64,000 nucleotides of DNA from Alphaproteobacteria bacterium (GTDB lineage Bacteria; Pseudomonadota; Alphaproteobacteria; SMXQ01), in contig JAYPPT010000001.1 of NCBI GenBank assembly GCA_038131655.1, forward strand, positions 537,447-601,446. Direction: 5' to 3'. A program made the position numbers and the translations under genes. Below are positions 1-10,621 of the stretch, piece after piece; position 1 is the first letter of the stretch; every line of letters begins with the position of its first letter. The notes below the pieces were generated by a model. That model had not been told where the DNA came from, ran no database searches, and was given only the letters and a program-made list of their open reading frames with translations.

Positions 1-630
1 CGCAAGGTCCGGATCGTTCTCGCAGAGAAGGGTTCGGAGTTCCAAATGCAGGTCGAAAAGGTGTGGGAGCGCCGTACCGCGTTCCTTGCCCTCAACCCGG
101 CGGGACAGGTTCCGGTCATGGTTGAAGACGATGGCACGGTTCTGGCCGAATCCTCGGCGATTTGCGAATACATCGAAGAACAGGTCCCGCGCCCCGTGCT
201 TATCGGCGATACGCCCAAGGCACGGGCCGAGGTGCGCCGCCTGACCGCGTGGTTCGATCTCAAGTTCGACCGTGAGGTCACGCGCAACCTGGTCGGCGAA
301 AAAATGATGAAACGCTTTCTTGGCCTGGGCGAGCCCAATTCCGGGGCGATTCGGGCCGGGCACGCCAACCTGCCGATCCATCTCGAATACATTTCCTACC
401 TGGCGGAGCGGCGGACCTGGCTCGCCGGCGAGAACTTCTCGCTGGCCGATATCGCGGCGGCGGCGCATCTGTCATGCCTCGATTACATCGGCGATGTGGC
501 GTGGGAAAAGTTTCCCATCGCCAAGGACTGGTATGTGCGCATAAAGTCGCGCCCGTCCTTCCGCGCCATTCTGGCTGATCATATTGCCGGAATGCCGCCG
601 CCCCGGCATTATGCCGATCTCGATTTTTAG
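1..630 (+). CDS. Glutathione S-transferase family protein, 5'-truncated by the window edge
   Basis: The frame is open from nt 1 (RKVRIVLAEKGSEFQMQVEK...). It has a thioredoxin-like N-terminal segment and a GST C-terminal helical domain, ending HIAGMPPPRHYADLDF. Confidence 0.65.
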   Translation, partial: RKVRIVLAEKGSEFQMQVEKVWERRTAFLALNPAGQVPVMVEDDGTVLAESSAICEYIEEQVPRPVLIGDTPKARAEVRRLTAWFDLKFDREVTRNLVGEKMMKRFLGLGEPNSGAIRAGHANLPIHLEYISYLAERRTWLAGENFSLADIAAAAHLSCLDYIGDVAWEKFPIAKDWYVRIKSRPSFRAILADHIAGMPPPRHYADLDF

Positions 631-665
631 CCCCCATCGCAAACATCCAGACGAAGACGGAGACA

Positions 666-1154
666 ATGGCGAAAGCAAAGGTCACCCCGAAGACGCCGCT
701 TGAGGAATTGGGGCCGCGCACGGGTAACGAAACCCCTCATGAACTGATTTATCGTTCGTACCTTCTGGGGCGGATTCACTTCGGTACCAAGCTGGCGGTG
801 CTGAACCGGCCCGGCTCGCCGGTCTACAGCGCCTACGAAAACTGGGTGCCCATCGCGCTGGTGCTGTTCCTGTCGCTTTACACCGGCATCACTTCAAGCT
901 GGCAGGCGGGACTTTCGCTGTTCGCGGCGCTGGCATTTTTCGGTTTTCTGTTCCTGCCGCGTTACGTGCTCAAGAAACTGCGCATGCGGGTGCTGGACAA
1001 GTCCTTCGGCAGCGAAGGCGGCTGGATCGAACTGTGGAAAGGCGGCGGCATCTCCATTCGCCTGGCGATGGATCCCAGCATCGAATGCGATTCGCCCGGC
1101 GGCGACTGGCAGCAGTTCGCAAGGACCTACCTGGATAAACCCGACGACGAATAG
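666..1154 (+). CDS. Hypothetical membrane protein
   Basis: 162-aa ORF with two or three hydrophobic helices (PIALVLFLSLYTGITSSWQAGLSLFAALAFFGFLFL). No family recognised. Confidence 0.4.
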   Translation: MAKAKVTPKTPLEELGPRTGNETPHELIYRSYLLGRIHFGTKLAVLNRPGSPVYSAYENWVPIALVLFLSLYTGITSSWQAGLSLFAALAFFGFLFLPRYVLKKLRMRVLDKSFGSEGGWIELWKGGGISIRLAMDPSIECDSPGGDWQQFARTYLDKPDDE

Positions 1155-1163
1155 ACGGCGCGA

Positions 1164-1967
1164 TCAGCGCGGCCGGGCGCCCGCAAGCCGGGCAAGTGCG
1201 GCGCGTGCGCTGGTGCCCGCGGGCCCGCTGGGATAGATTTTCAGTGCCTGACGGTAAGCCGCCGTGGCCCCGGCCGTATCGCCCGCCGCTTCGGCCAGCT
1301 TGGCCCGTTCGATCCAGGCCCCGGCGCGGCGCGGGTCGAGCCTCAGCGCCTCGGCCACATCCTGTTCCGCCAGGTCACGCGCGCCCACCCGGCGCCAGGC
1401 GGCGGCCCGCAACACCAGCGCCTCGATATTGCCCGGCGCGATCTGCAGGGCGTCGTTGAGGTCCTCCAGCGCCGCGAAATTGCGTCCCGCGTTGCCGCGC
1501 GCTACCGCGCGGTCGATGTGATAGCCGCCGTTGCCCGGTGCCAGCAACAGCGCCCGGCTCAACGCTGCTTCCGCCTGTTCCGACCGTCCGGCCCCGATCC
1601 AGGCGCGGCCCGCCTGGGCGAACAGCTCCGCTTGCTCGGTGGGCCCGGCCTTGGCGGATTGTCCCGCCAGGTCGAACAAAACCTTGCCCGCCTCGCGCAG
1701 GCGGCCCTTGGCGATCAAGGCGACGGCCAGGCAATGGCGCGCCGGGTTGGCGGCACCCTGCGTCCACAGGGTCTCGGCACGGTCGATGGCCTTGTCGGGC
1801 GCTGTGCGGGCCAGCGCCATGCAGGCGCCGTAGCCATCATCGGCAACGGGGGTGAACGCGGTGGCGAGGGTCACCAGGCCAAGGGCGGGAAGGCTGAGCA
1901 TGGCGCGCATCATCGCGGCAAGCGGGGTCGCGCCGCAAGCGCGGTTTCCTCTATGATCGCGGCCCAT
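1164..1967 (-). CDS. Periplasmic tetratricopeptide-repeat protein
   Basis: N-terminal signal peptide (MMRAMLSLPALGLVTLATA) followed by repeated A/L/G-rich TPR-like helical units. Confidence 0.55.
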   Translation of the reverse strand: MGRDHRGNRACGATPLAAMMRAMLSLPALGLVTLATAFTPVADDGYGACMALARTAPDKAIDRAETLWTQGAANPARHCLAVALIAKGRLREAGKVLFDLAGQSAKAGPTEQAELFAQAGRAWIGAGRSEQAEAALSRALLLAPGNGGYHIDRAVARGNAGRNFAALEDLNDALQIAPGNIEALVLRAAAWRRVGARDLAEQDVAEALRLDPRRAGAWIERAKLAEAAGDTAGATAAYRQALKIYPSGPAGTSARAALARLAGARPR

Positions 1968-2838
1968 GGATGCGACCCGTTCCCTGTTCTGTTTCGGCTT
2001 CGGCTACACCGCCGCCGCACTGGCCCGCCACCTTGCCAATGGGCCCGAACCGCGGCGCGTGACGGCGAGCGCGCGCACGCCGGAAAAGGCGGCGGCACTA
2101 AAAGCCCAGGGGATCGGCGCCGTGGTATTCGACGGCACCGGCCCGCTGGTCGCCGATGCGCTGGATGGCATCACCCACGTTCTCGTTTCAATTCCGCCCG
2201 GTGACGGCGACCCGGTGCTGGCTCATGCCCGCGCCGCACTCGAGGCGGCGCGGCCCCGCTGGATCGGCTACCTCTCCACCACCGGGGTTTACGGTAACCG
2301 TGACGGCGCCTGGGTGGACGAGGGCTCGGCCCTGCGCCCGACATCGGAACGGGCGCGGCGGCGGGTGGCGGCGGAACTGGACTGGCTGCGTTTCGGCGAT
2401 CGGACCGGGCTGGTGGTGCAGGTTTTCCGCCTTGCCGGAATTTACGGGCCGGGGCGATCGGCCTTCGATCAGTTGCGCGCCGGGACGGCGCGGCGCATCG
2501 ACAAGCCCGGCCACGTCTTTTCGCGCATCCATGTCGATGACATCGCCGCCGTGCTGGCCGCCGCCATGGCGCGGCCGGTGGCGGGCGAAATTTACAACGT
2601 CTGCGATGACGAGGCGGCGGCGCCGCGCGCGGTGATCGAACACGCCGCCGGGCTTCTGGGTGTGCCGCTGCCGCCCCTGACAGCCTATGGTGACGCCGTG
2701 CTGTCGCCGATAGCGCAAAGCTTCTGGGCCGATTCCAAGCGCGTCCGCAACGACCGCCTCAAGCGGGCACTTGGTGTCGTGCTGCGCTACCCGACATACC
2801 GCGAAGGCCTGGCGGCGATCCTAGCCGCGGAAGCCTGA
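1966..2838 (+). CDS. NAD(P)-binding Rossmann-fold protein (extended SDR/epimerase-like)
   Basis: N-terminal GFGYTAAALARHL dinucleotide-binding motif, ~290 aa. Overlaps the TPR gene by 2 nt. Confidence 0.55.
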   Translation: MDATRSLFCFGFGYTAAALARHLANGPEPRRVTASARTPEKAAALKAQGIGAVVFDGTGPLVADALDGITHVLVSIPPGDGDPVLAHARAALEAARPRWIGYLSTTGVYGNRDGAWVDEGSALRPTSERARRRVAAELDWLRFGDRTGLVVQVFRLAGIYGPGRSAFDQLRAGTARRIDKPGHVFSRIHVDDIAAVLAAAMARPVAGEIYNVCDDEAAAPRAVIEHAAGLLGVPLPPLTAYGDAVLSPIAQSFWADSKRVRNDRLKRALGVVLRYPTYREGLAAILAAEA

Positions 2839-3609
2839 CCCGATCACGTCGTCCAGCGCCGCGCCGATGCGCGCCAGGTCCTGTTGGCGGGACAATCGGT
2901 GATCGCCGTCATCGATGAAGGTGATCGCGACGTCCGGATGCGCGATTTTTTCCGCAATGCGGGTCGCGGTTTGCCAGGGCACGTCGCTGTCCATCCGACC
3001 ATGGACCAGGTGTAGCGGGCAGGAAACGGCGATGGGCGCGTCCAGCAAAAGATGGTTGCGGCCTTCCTCGATCAATTGCCGGGTGATGGGATAGGGCGTT
3101 TCGGAATATTCGCTGGCCAGGTGCAGGATGCCGTCGCGCATCAGGGTCGCACGTTGCGCGTCGTCCAGCTCGCGATGGATCAGGTCCTCGGTGAAATCGG
3201 GCGCCGCCGCAATGCCGACGATGCCCCGGACCCGTTCCGGGCGGCGAAGCGCTAGCAGCAGCGCGATCCAGCCGCCCATGCTCGATCCCGCCAGCACCTG
3301 CGGGCCTTCGGTCAATTGGTCGAAAACATCAAGCGCATCGTCGAGCCAGGCGCCGATGGTGCCGTCGGTAAAAGCGCCCTCGGAGCGGCCGTGGCCGGAA
3401 TAGTCGAAACGCAGCGATGGCAGGCCGCGGGCGGCGGCAAAACCCTCCAGCCATTGCGCCTTGGTGCCCTCCATGTCAGACATGAAGCCGCCAAGGAACA
3501 TCAGGCCGGGCCGCGCATCGGTTCCGGCGGCATTTTTCGCACCCGCGCGCCTGCGGTAGGCGATGGACCCGCGTCCGGGGCGTGGTAGATTGGCAATTGC
3601 CTCTTGCAT
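2821..3609 (-). CDS. Alpha/beta-fold hydrolase
   Basis: Internal Met (MQEAIANLP...) at 3609 gives a 262-aa product with GSSMGG nucleophile-elbow and HG motifs. The upstream 150 aa of the tracked ORF are low-complexity and were discarded. Confidence 0.65.
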   Translation of the reverse strand: MQEAIANLPRPGRGSIAYRRRAGAKNAAGTDARPGLMFLGGFMSDMEGTKAQWLEGFAAARGLPSLRFDYSGHGRSEGAFTDGTIGAWLDDALDVFDQLTEGPQVLAGSSMGGWIALLLALRRPERVRGIVGIAAAPDFTEDLIHRELDDAQRATLMRDGILHLASEYSETPYPITRQLIEEGRNHLLLDAPIAVSCPLHLVHGRMDSDVPWQTATRIAEKIAHPDVAITFIDDGDHRLSRQQDLARIGAALDDVIGSGFRG

Positions 3610-3658
3610 CTTTGTCCCGTGGCGGGGATAACCCGGCCCCCATGGATATTTTTTCCCG

Positions 3659-4873
3659 ATGACGTCAAGCGAACCCGCGTCCGCCCCCGAGGCGAGCCAA
3701 ACTAGCATCGAAGACGAGGTGCCGGAAGGCCGCCCGCCGATGGTGCTGCAGGTGCTGCCCGCGTTGCACGGCGGCGGGGTCGAGCGTGGCACCATCGACA
3801 TCGCCATCGCGCTGGCCAATGCCGGGTGGGGCGCGATGGTCGCGTCCGAGGGCGGTCCCATGGTGCGCGAACTGACCCGCCACGGCATTACCCATGTCGA
3901 ACTGCCGCTGGCGACCAAGAACCCGTTCAAGATGCGCGCCAACGTCAAGCGGCTGGCGAAGCTGATGGTCGCCCATTCGGTGGATATCATCCATGCCCGT
4001 TCGCGCGCCCCGGCATGGAGCGCCGAAGCCGCCGCGCGGCGCACGGGGGCGTATTTCGTCACCACCTTTCACGGTACTTATGGCGATGCGTGGTCGCTCA
4101 AGCGCTTTTACAACGCCGTCATGGGCCGGGGCGAACGGGTGATCGCCATTTCCGATTTCATCAAGCACCTGGTGATCGACCGCTATCATGTCGACCCGGC
4201 GCGGGTGCGGGTCATTCACCGGGGCGTCGATCTGAACCTGTTCGATCCCGACAATGTTTCCCAGGAACGAATCATCCAGCTGGCGACCCGCTGGCAGTTG
4301 CCCGACGACCGCAAGATCATCCTGTTCCCCGGACGCTTTTCCGACTGGAAGGGCCATGCGCTGGTGATCGAGGGGTTGGCGCGGCTCGGGCGGCGTGATG
4401 TTCTGTGCGTCATGGCCGGGGTCGATACCGCGTCCAGCGACTACACGACGCAGCTGACGGAACTGGCGCGGGCACGCGACGTGATGGATATGGTCCGCTT
4501 CGTCGATTTCTGCCGCGATATGCCCGCCGCCTACATGCTTTCCGACGTGGTGCTGTCGGCGGCGACCAAGCCCGAAGCCTTCGGCCGCACCCTGGCGGAG
4601 GCACTGGCCATGGGCCGCCCGGTGGTGGGCCCGGCGCACGGCGGCGCGCTGGAGATCGTCGTGGACCAGCGCACCGGCTGGCTGTTCCGGCCCAAAAATT
4701 CCGAAAGCCTCGCGGCGGCGCTGCATGCCGCGTTGGGGCTGGATGCGACCCAGCGTCTGCGTCTTGCGGCCGAAGCCATGGCGGACATGCGCGAGCGTTT
4801 CTCCAATGCGCAGATGTGCGAAGCGACCCTGGGCATTTACACCGAAGTGCTCGGCGGCGATACGGCGTCATGA
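3659..4873 (+). CDS. Glycosyltransferase family 4 (GT1 fold), likely LPS core/lipid A modification
   Basis: GT4 motifs (HARSRAPAW..., FPGRFSDWKGH, EAFGRTLAEALAMGRPVVG). Stop overlaps the start of the next gene by 4 nt (ATGA). The N-terminal 27 aa are low complexity, so an alternative start at M28 is possible. Confidence 0.7.
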   Translation: MTSSEPASAPEASQTSIEDEVPEGRPPMVLQVLPALHGGGVERGTIDIAIALANAGWGAMVASEGGPMVRELTRHGITHVELPLATKNPFKMRANVKRLAKLMVAHSVDIIHARSRAPAWSAEAAARRTGAYFVTTFHGTYGDAWSLKRFYNAVMGRGERVIAISDFIKHLVIDRYHVDPARVRVIHRGVDLNLFDPDNVSQERIIQLATRWQLPDDRKIILFPGRFSDWKGHALVIEGLARLGRRDVLCVMAGVDTASSDYTTQLTELARARDVMDMVRFVDFCRDMPAAYMLSDVVLSAATKPEAFGRTLAEALAMGRPVVGPAHGGALEIVVDQRTGWLFRPKNSESLAAALHAALGLDATQRLRLAAEAMADMRERFSNAQMCEATLGIYTEVLGGDTAS

Positions 4874-5925
4874 CCGCGACAGATTCTCTTTCTAAGGATG
4901 CGCCCGCGCGGCGCCGGATCCTGGTGATCAAGCTCGGCGCGCTCGGCGATTTCATCCTGTCGTACCGCGCCATGACGGCGATTCGCGCCCATCACCGGGG
5001 CGATCACCTGACCTTGCTGACAATCCCGTCGCTCAAGGGTCTTGCCGAAAAGACCGGCCTGTTCGATGAAGTCTGGACCGACACGCGGCCGGGATGGTTC
5101 GACTGGGTGGGCTGGTGGCGGCTTGGCCGCCGGTTGAACGGCGCCGGTTTCGTGCGGGTCTATGATCTCCAGACCAACGACCGTTCGGGCAATTACTTCC
5201 GGCTTATGCGCCCGCCTTTCACCAAGGCCCGGCCCGAATGGTCGGGCAACGTGCGCGGCTGTTCACATCCGCACACCGATCCGCGCCGCGAAACCATTCA
5301 CACTCTTGAACGTCAGGCGGAGCAGCTGGCCATTGCCGGAATCGCGCGTTCGGAATACCCGCCGCTCGATTTTTCCTGGGTGGACGCGGATGTCAGCCGC
5401 CACCGGCTGGACCAGGACGGCGCGCCTTACGTGCTTCTGGTGCCGGGCGGTTCCGCCGGCCGCCTGGCCAAGCGCTGGCCCGCGACCCGCTATGCGGAAC
5501 TGGCCTTGCGCCTGATTTCCATCGACTATCGTCCGGTGGTGCTGGGCACGGCGGCGGAAAAGGACGCCTGCGCCACGGTGGCGGCGGCTTCGGCGGCGAT
5601 CCTGAACCTGTGCGATGATTCGCCCATCCTTGACGTTATGGCGCTGGCCCGCGATGCGGCCGGTGCCGTGGGCAACGATACCGGCCCCATGCACCTGATC
5701 GCGGCCATGGGCTGCCCGTCGCTGGTGCTCTATTCCGGCGTCAGCGATCCGGGCCTGACCCGTCCGCGCGGCCCCTACGAGGGTCCGGGGGGCCGTCCGG
5801 CCCCGCCCGGCCGTTCGACGCGCACCGCGACATGGATCCGGCGCCAGCAACTCGGTGCGCTGACCGTGGACGAGGTGCGCGGCGCCATGCTTTTGCGTCG
5901 GCGCCCCCCGACGGCCTCCCATTAA
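4870..5925 (+). CDS. Glycosyltransferase family 9 (LPS heptosyltransferase-like)
   Basis: RILVIKLGALGDFILS N-terminal motif and GNDTGPMHLIAAMGCP C-terminal motif typical of GT9. The Pro/Arg-rich C-terminal ~50 aa are atypical. Confidence 0.7.
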   Translation: MTATDSLSKDAPARRRILVIKLGALGDFILSYRAMTAIRAHHRGDHLTLLTIPSLKGLAEKTGLFDEVWTDTRPGWFDWVGWWRLGRRLNGAGFVRVYDLQTNDRSGNYFRLMRPPFTKARPEWSGNVRGCSHPHTDPRRETIHTLERQAEQLAIAGIARSEYPPLDFSWVDADVSRHRLDQDGAPYVLLVPGGSAGRLAKRWPATRYAELALRLISIDYRPVVLGTAAEKDACATVAAASAAILNLCDDSPILDVMALARDAAGAVGNDTGPMHLIAAMGCPSLVLYSGVSDPGLTRPRGPYEGPGGRPAPPGRSTRTATWIRRQQLGALTVDEVRGAMLLRRRPPTASH

Positions 5926-6061
5926 GGGCTCCTTAACCCTGAATCCCTAGGAAATAGGCGGGTGTGGCGGGCGTCCGGCTTGACAGGGGCGTTAACCAAA
6001 GTACTCTCCCCGGCGGCGCGCGGATGCGCCCGTTGACCTTGCAATCCCGATAGAGACACCG

Positions 6062-8026
6062 ATGCCAGACATTACCTTGACCCTTCCCGATGGATCGTCG
6101 CGCCAGATGCCGGCGGGCACGACCGGGGCGGATGTCGCGGCGGGAATCGGTCCCGGCCTCGCCAAGGCGGCGCTGGCGGTCAGGATCGACGGGGAAATGC
6201 GGGACCTGTCGCGGGCCATCGAAAAAGACGCTTCCATCGAAATCATCACCGCCAAGTCGGGCGATGCGGCGCTTGAGCTTCTCCGTCATGACTGCGCGCA
6301 TGTCATGGCCGAAGCGGTGAAGGAACTGTATCCCGAAACCCAGGTGACCATCGGCCCGGCAATCGAAAACGGCTTTTATTACGATTTCGCCCGCGCGACG
6401 CCGTTCACGCCGGAAGACCTCGAAAAGATCGAAGCGCGCATGCGCGAAATCGTTGGTCGTAACGAAGCGATCGAGCGCGAGGTCTGGGACCGCAACAAGG
6501 CGGTCGAATTCTTCAAGGAGCAGGGCGAGCACTACAAGGCGGAGATCATCGAATCGATCCCGGCGACCGACGATGTGACGCTCTATCGCCAGGGCGATTT
6601 CATCGACCTGTGCCGCGGTCCGCATCTGCCCGCCACCGGCAAGCTGGGCAAGGCCTTCAAGCTGATGAAGCTGGCCGGCGCCTACTGGCGCGGCGATTCG
6701 CGCAACGAGATGTTGCAGCGCATCTACGGCACCGCCTGGGCCAGCGACAAGGATCTCGCCGATTACCTGACCCGGCTGGAAGAAGCCGAAAGGCGCGATC
6801 ACCGCCGCCTCGGGCGCGAAATGGGCCTGTTCCATATCCAGGAAGAAGCGGTCGGCAGCGTGTTCTGGCACCCCAAGGGCTGGACCCTTTACCGCACCGT
6901 GGAAAGCTATATCCGCGATCGGCTGGAAGCGGCCGACTATGTCGAGGTCAAGACACCGATGCTGGTGGACCGGGCATTGTGGGTGGCGTCGGGGCACTGG
7001 GAAAAATTCGCCGATGCCATGTTCACCGCGTCGCCGCGCTCCGACGAGGCGAAGAAAAGCGAAGGCGAGCGCGTGCTCGCCATCAAGCCGATGAACTGTC
7101 CGTGCCATGTGCAGATTTTCCGCCAGGGCATCAAGAGCTACCGCGACCTGCCGCTGCGCATGGCGGAGTTCGGCTCATGCCACCGGTTCGAGCCGTCGGG
7201 CGCGCTGCACGGGCTGATGCGCGTGCGCGCCTTCACCCAGGACGACGCGCATATCTTCTGCACCGAAGACCAGATCACGTCGGAGACCAAGGCGTTCTGC
7301 GATCTGCTGCTGAGTGTTTACCGCGACTTCGGCTTCACCGACGTGGTGGTGAAATTCTCCGACCGGCCCGAAACCCGCGCCGGCACCGATGAAATCTGGG
7401 ACCGGGCCGAGGGCGCGCTCAAGGAAGCGGTCCAGGCGGCGGGGCTGGAAACCATCCTCAATCCCGGCGAAGGCGCCTTCTACGGCCCCAAGCTGGAATT
7501 CGTGCTGCGCGATGCCATCGGGCGCGACTGGCAATGCGGCACCCTGCAGGTGGATTTCGTGCTGCCCGAGCGCCTGGACGCCTCCTACATGGGCGAGGAC
7601 GGCAACCGTCACCGCCCGGTGATGCTGCACCGCGCCATTCTGGGGTCGTTCGAACGCTTCCTCGGCATCCTGGTTGAGCAATATGCGGGCGCCTTCCCCT
7701 TGTGGCTGGCGCCCCTTCAGGTGGTCATCGCGACCATCACCAGCGACGGCGACGATTACGCCCGCGAGGTCAAGGAAACCCTGGAATCCGCCGGATTGCG
7801 GTGCGAACTGGACCTTTCCAACGAGAAAATCGGCTACAAGGTGCGCGAGCATTCCGTGGCCAAGGTCCCGGTCATCATGGCCATCGGCAAGCGCGAGGCG
7901 GAGGAGCGCACTGTCGCCATCCGCCGGCTCGGCTCCCAGGGCCAAGAATCGCTTGCGCTGGATGAAGCCCGCGCTAGACTTGCGAAAGAGGCGCAAGCCC
8001 CGTCCAAAACCGCGACCGGTGGATAA
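6062..8026 (+). CDS. thrS: Threonine--tRNA ligase
   Basis: TGS domain N-terminus, class II aaRS core motifs, C-terminal anticodon-binding domain. 654 aa. Confidence 0.95.
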   Translation: MPDITLTLPDGSSRQMPAGTTGADVAAGIGPGLAKAALAVRIDGEMRDLSRAIEKDASIEIITAKSGDAALELLRHDCAHVMAEAVKELYPETQVTIGPAIENGFYYDFARATPFTPEDLEKIEARMREIVGRNEAIEREVWDRNKAVEFFKEQGEHYKAEIIESIPATDDVTLYRQGDFIDLCRGPHLPATGKLGKAFKLMKLAGAYWRGDSRNEMLQRIYGTAWASDKDLADYLTRLEEAERRDHRRLGREMGLFHIQEEAVGSVFWHPKGWTLYRTVESYIRDRLEAADYVEVKTPMLVDRALWVASGHWEKFADAMFTASPRSDEAKKSEGERVLAIKPMNCPCHVQIFRQGIKSYRDLPLRMAEFGSCHRFEPSGALHGLMRVRAFTQDDAHIFCTEDQITSETKAFCDLLLSVYRDFGFTDVVVKFSDRPETRAGTDEIWDRAEGALKEAVQAAGLETILNPGEGAFYGPKLEFVLRDAIGRDWQCGTLQVDFVLPERLDASYMGEDGNRHRPVMLHRAILGSFERFLGILVEQYAGAFPLWLAPLQVVIATITSDGDDYAREVKETLESAGLRCELDLSNEKIGYKVREHSVAKVPVIMAIGKREAEERTVAIRRLGSQGQESLALDEARARLAKEAQAPSKTATGG

Positions 8027-8153
8027 GACTTCCAAGAAAAACGACCGATATTCGAGGGTGCGAGGACAGGACGATCGCACCCCGGCAGTCTTTTTGTGAG
8101 TTATTCAATCCCGTGCAACAATTAATGGAGATCGTTCCATAGCTAGGCCCACC

Positions 8154-8675
8154 ATGAACCAGCCGCCCAAAAAGGACGGCCCCCGCGTGAACGAGGCGAT
8201 CCAGTCGTCATCGGTCCGCGTTGTCGGCGCAGAAGGCGAATTGCTCGGCGTCATGTCCCTCGATCAGGCCCTGGAACAGGCGGATGCGGCAGGTCTCGAC
8301 CTCGTCGAGGTTTCGCCCAATGCCGAGCCGCCGGTCTGCAAGATCCTCGATTACGGCAAGTTCAAGTACCAGGCCCAGAAAAAGGCCAACGAGGCGCGCA
8401 AGAAGCAGAAGGTCATGGACGTGAAGGAAATCAAGATGCGTCCGGGCATCGACCAGCACGACTATGAAACCAAGATGAAGGCCGTTCACAAGTTTCTCGA
8501 CGAAGGCGACAAGGTGAAGGTCACCATTCGCTTCCGCGGCCGCGAGTTCCTGCACCAGCAACTGGGGCTCCAGGTGCTGTTCAAGGTGCGCGACGAGGTC
8601 GAGGAAAAGGCCAAGGTGGAGGCGATTCCGAAGATGGAAGGCCGGCAAATGGTGATGGTTCTGTCGCCACGCTGA
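8154..8675 (+). CDS. infC: Translation initiation factor IF-3
   Basis: Aligns along its length with E. coli IF3 (…[21 protein letters not shown]…[17 protein letters not shown]…IRFRGRE…). It sits between thrS and rpmI as in the conserved operon. Confidence 0.9.
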   Translation: MNQPPKKDGPRVNEAIQSSSVRVVGAEGELLGVMSLDQALEQADAAGLDLVEVSPNAEPPVCKILDYGKFKYQAQKKANEARKKQKVMDVKEIKMRPGIDQHDYETKMKAVHKFLDEGDKVKVTIRFRGREFLHQQLGLQVLFKVRDEVEEKAKVEAIPKMEGRQMVMVLSPR

Positions 8676-8762
8676 GGGGCTCTCGGGCGGCCCTTCGCCA
8701 ACCCATTGAAAGAAAATGATTTTTCGGCACCAATTTGGGGCGGGCAAGGGCCCTTGGGGGCC

Positions 8763-8791
8763 TTGCAATCCGGGGCCGGTCCCGCTATAAA
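8763..8791 (+). promoter_or_regulatory. Sigma-70-like promoter in front of rpmI-rplT (TTGCAA-17 bp-TATAAA)
   Basis: -35 TTGCAA at 8763-8768, a 17-bp spacer, and -10 TATAAA at 8786-8791, about 78 nt upstream of the rpmI ATG. Confidence 0.45.
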
Positions 8792-8868
8792 CACGCGCTC
8801 CGCCCCCGGCCACCTGGTCGACCGGGTGGGTTCGTACTTTTTTCCATCTTTTTCAGGAACCTGCGGCC

Positions 8869-9066
8869 ATGCCGAAGCTGAAATCGAAAAGCGGCGCCAA
8901 GAAGCGCTTCCGTCTCACCGGCACCGGCAAGGTGCGCGGGAACGTGGCGTTCAAGCGCCATAACCTGCGCAAGCGCAGCCAGAAGATGAAGCGGACCGCG
9001 CGTGGCACCTTTATCCTGGCCAAGGGCGACGCCGATATCGTCAAGTCGTTCCTGCCTTACGCCTGA
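8869..9066 (+). CDS. rpmI: 50S ribosomal protein L35
   Basis: [24 protein letters not shown]..., 65 aa. Confidence 0.95.
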   Translation: MPKLKSKSGAKKRFRLTGTGKVRGNVAFKRHNLRKRSQKMKRTARGTFILAKGDADIVKSFLPYA

Positions 9067-9076
9067 GGACTGATCC

Positions 9077-9439
9077 ATGGCTCGCGTCAAACGGGGCGTT
9101 ACGACCCACGCCCGTCACAAGAAAATCATCGACATGGCTTCCGGCTATCGCGGCCGTGGCAGCAGTTGCTTCCGCGTCGCCGTTGAAAAGCTGGAAAAGG
9201 GCCTGCAGTACGCCTACCGCGACCGTAAGGCGAAGAAGCGCGAGTTTCGTTCGCTGTGGATCCGGCGCATCAACGCCGGTGCGCGCGCCAACGGGCTGAC
9301 CTATTCGGAACTGATGAACGGCATCAAGCGTTCGGGCATTGAACTGGACCGCAAGGTTCTGGCCGATATCGCGGCCCGCGATCCCGAGGCGTTTACCGCC
9401 ATCGTTCAGCAGGCCCGGGCGGCGTTGCAGGCCGCGTAA
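9077..9439 (+). CDS. rplT: 50S ribosomal protein L20
   Basis: [17 protein letters not shown]...[16 protein letters not shown]..., 120 aa. Confidence 0.95.
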   Translation: MARVKRGVTTHARHKKIIDMASGYRGRGSSCFRVAVEKLEKGLQYAYRDRKAKKREFRSLWIRRINAGARANGLTYSELMNGIKRSGIELDRKVLADIAARDPEAFTAIVQQARAALQAA

Positions 9440-9476
9440 GGCCGGCCCCGCGCCGGTTATCCGGCATCCATCAAGC

Positions 9477-9507
9477 AAGGGGCTGTTTCGGCAGCCCCTT
9501 TTGTTTT
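9477..9507 (+). terminator. Rho-independent terminator after rplT
   Basis: AAGGGGCTG-tttcg-CAGCCCCTT hairpin followed by TTGTTTT. Confidence 0.6.
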
Positions 9508-9544
9508 ATGAACATCCCATGCACAGCCGCGACAGCGAGAAGAC

Positions 9545-10621
9545 ATGACGGGCGCCGATCAGATCAAGGCGGACATCCTGAAGGCGGTCGAAGGGGCGGA
9601 AACCCTCGACGCGCTTGAAGACGTCCGGGTCGGTGCGCTCGGTCGCAAGGGCACGCTGACCGAGGCGATGAAGGGCCTCGGCGCCCTGGCTCCCGAAGAA
9701 CGTCGTGCCGCGGGCCAGGCGCTCAACGCCGCCAAGGATGCCGTTGCCACCGCGATCGAGGCGCGCAAGGAAATCCTGGCTTCAAGCGCGCTCGATGCCC
9801 GCCTGGCGACGGAGCGCGTGGACGTCAGTTTGCCGGTGCGCCCGGTGGCTGAAGGCAGCATCCATCCCATCAGCCAGACTCTCGATGAGCTGATGGCGAT
9901 TTTCGGCGACATGGGTTTTGCCGTCGCCGAAGGCCCCGATATAGAGGACGATTTTCACAATTTCAGCGCGCTCAACATTCCCGAAGCGCATCCCGCGCGC
10001 CAGATGCACGACACGTTCTACCTGCCCCCGGCGGCGGATGAGCGGACGCTTCTGCTCCGCACCCATACATCGCCGGTGCAGATCCGTACCATGATGTCGA
10101 AGCCGTCGCCGCACCGCATTATCGCGCCGGGGCGGACGTATCGCTGCGATTCGGACATGACCCACACGCCGATGTTCCACCAGATCGAAGGCCTGGTGAT
10201 CGACAAGGCGGTGCACATGGGTCACCTCAAGGGTTGCCTGGAAGATTTTTGCCGCACCTATTTCGATGTGGATGATCTGCCGCTGCGTTTCCGGCCGAGC
10301 TATTTTCCGTTTACCGAACCGTCGTGCGAAGTGGACATCGGCTGTTCGCGCGCCGACGGCACGCTCAAGATCGGTGCCGGTGATGGTTGGCTGGAAATCC
10401 TCGGCGCCGGCATGGTGCATCCCAACGTGCTTGCCAATTGCGGCCTCGACGCTGGCGAATGGCAGGGCTTCGCCTTCGGCCTCGGGGTCGAGCGGGTGGC
10501 GATGCTGAAATACGGCATTCCCGACCTGCGCACCTTCTTTGAAAGCGATATTCGCTGGCTGCGTCATTACGGGTTTGGCTGTCTCGATCAGCCGTCCCTG
10601 GCACAGGGGTTGGCGCGATGA
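9545..10621 (+). CDS. pheS: Phenylalanine--tRNA ligase alpha subunit
   Basis: Class II aaRS motifs (FPFTEPS..., [10 protein letters not shown]). 358 aa. Confidence 0.95.
   Translation: MTGADQIKADILKAVEGAETLDALEDVRVGALGRKGTLTEAMKGLGALAPEERRAAGQALNAAKDAVATAIEARKEILASSALDARLATERVDVSLPVRPVAEGSIHPISQTLDELMAIFGDMGFAVAEGPDIEDDFHNFSALNIPEAHPARQMHDTFYLPPAADERTLLLRTHTSPVQIRTMMSKPSPHRIIAPGRTYRCDSDMTHTPMFHQIEGLVIDKAVHMGHLKGCLEDFCRTYFDVDDLPLRFRPSYFPFTEPSCEVDIGCSRADGTLKIGAGDGWLEILGAGMVHPNVLANCGLDAGEWQGFAFGLGVERVAMLKYGIPDLRTFFESDIRWLRHYGFGCLDQPSLAQGLAR

Noticed and set aside
3665-4726. 353-aa minus-strand ORF opposite the GT4 glycosyltransferase
   Set aside because: Antisense, low-complexity, no motifs. 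The plus-strand GT4 gene has clear family signatures and operon context.
5933-7108. 391-aa minus-strand ORF overlapping thrS
   Set aside because: Antisense to a confidently identified aaRS gene. High-GC genomes produce long spurious antisense ORFs. Its protein is low complexity (R/G/A-rich) with no recognisable fold.
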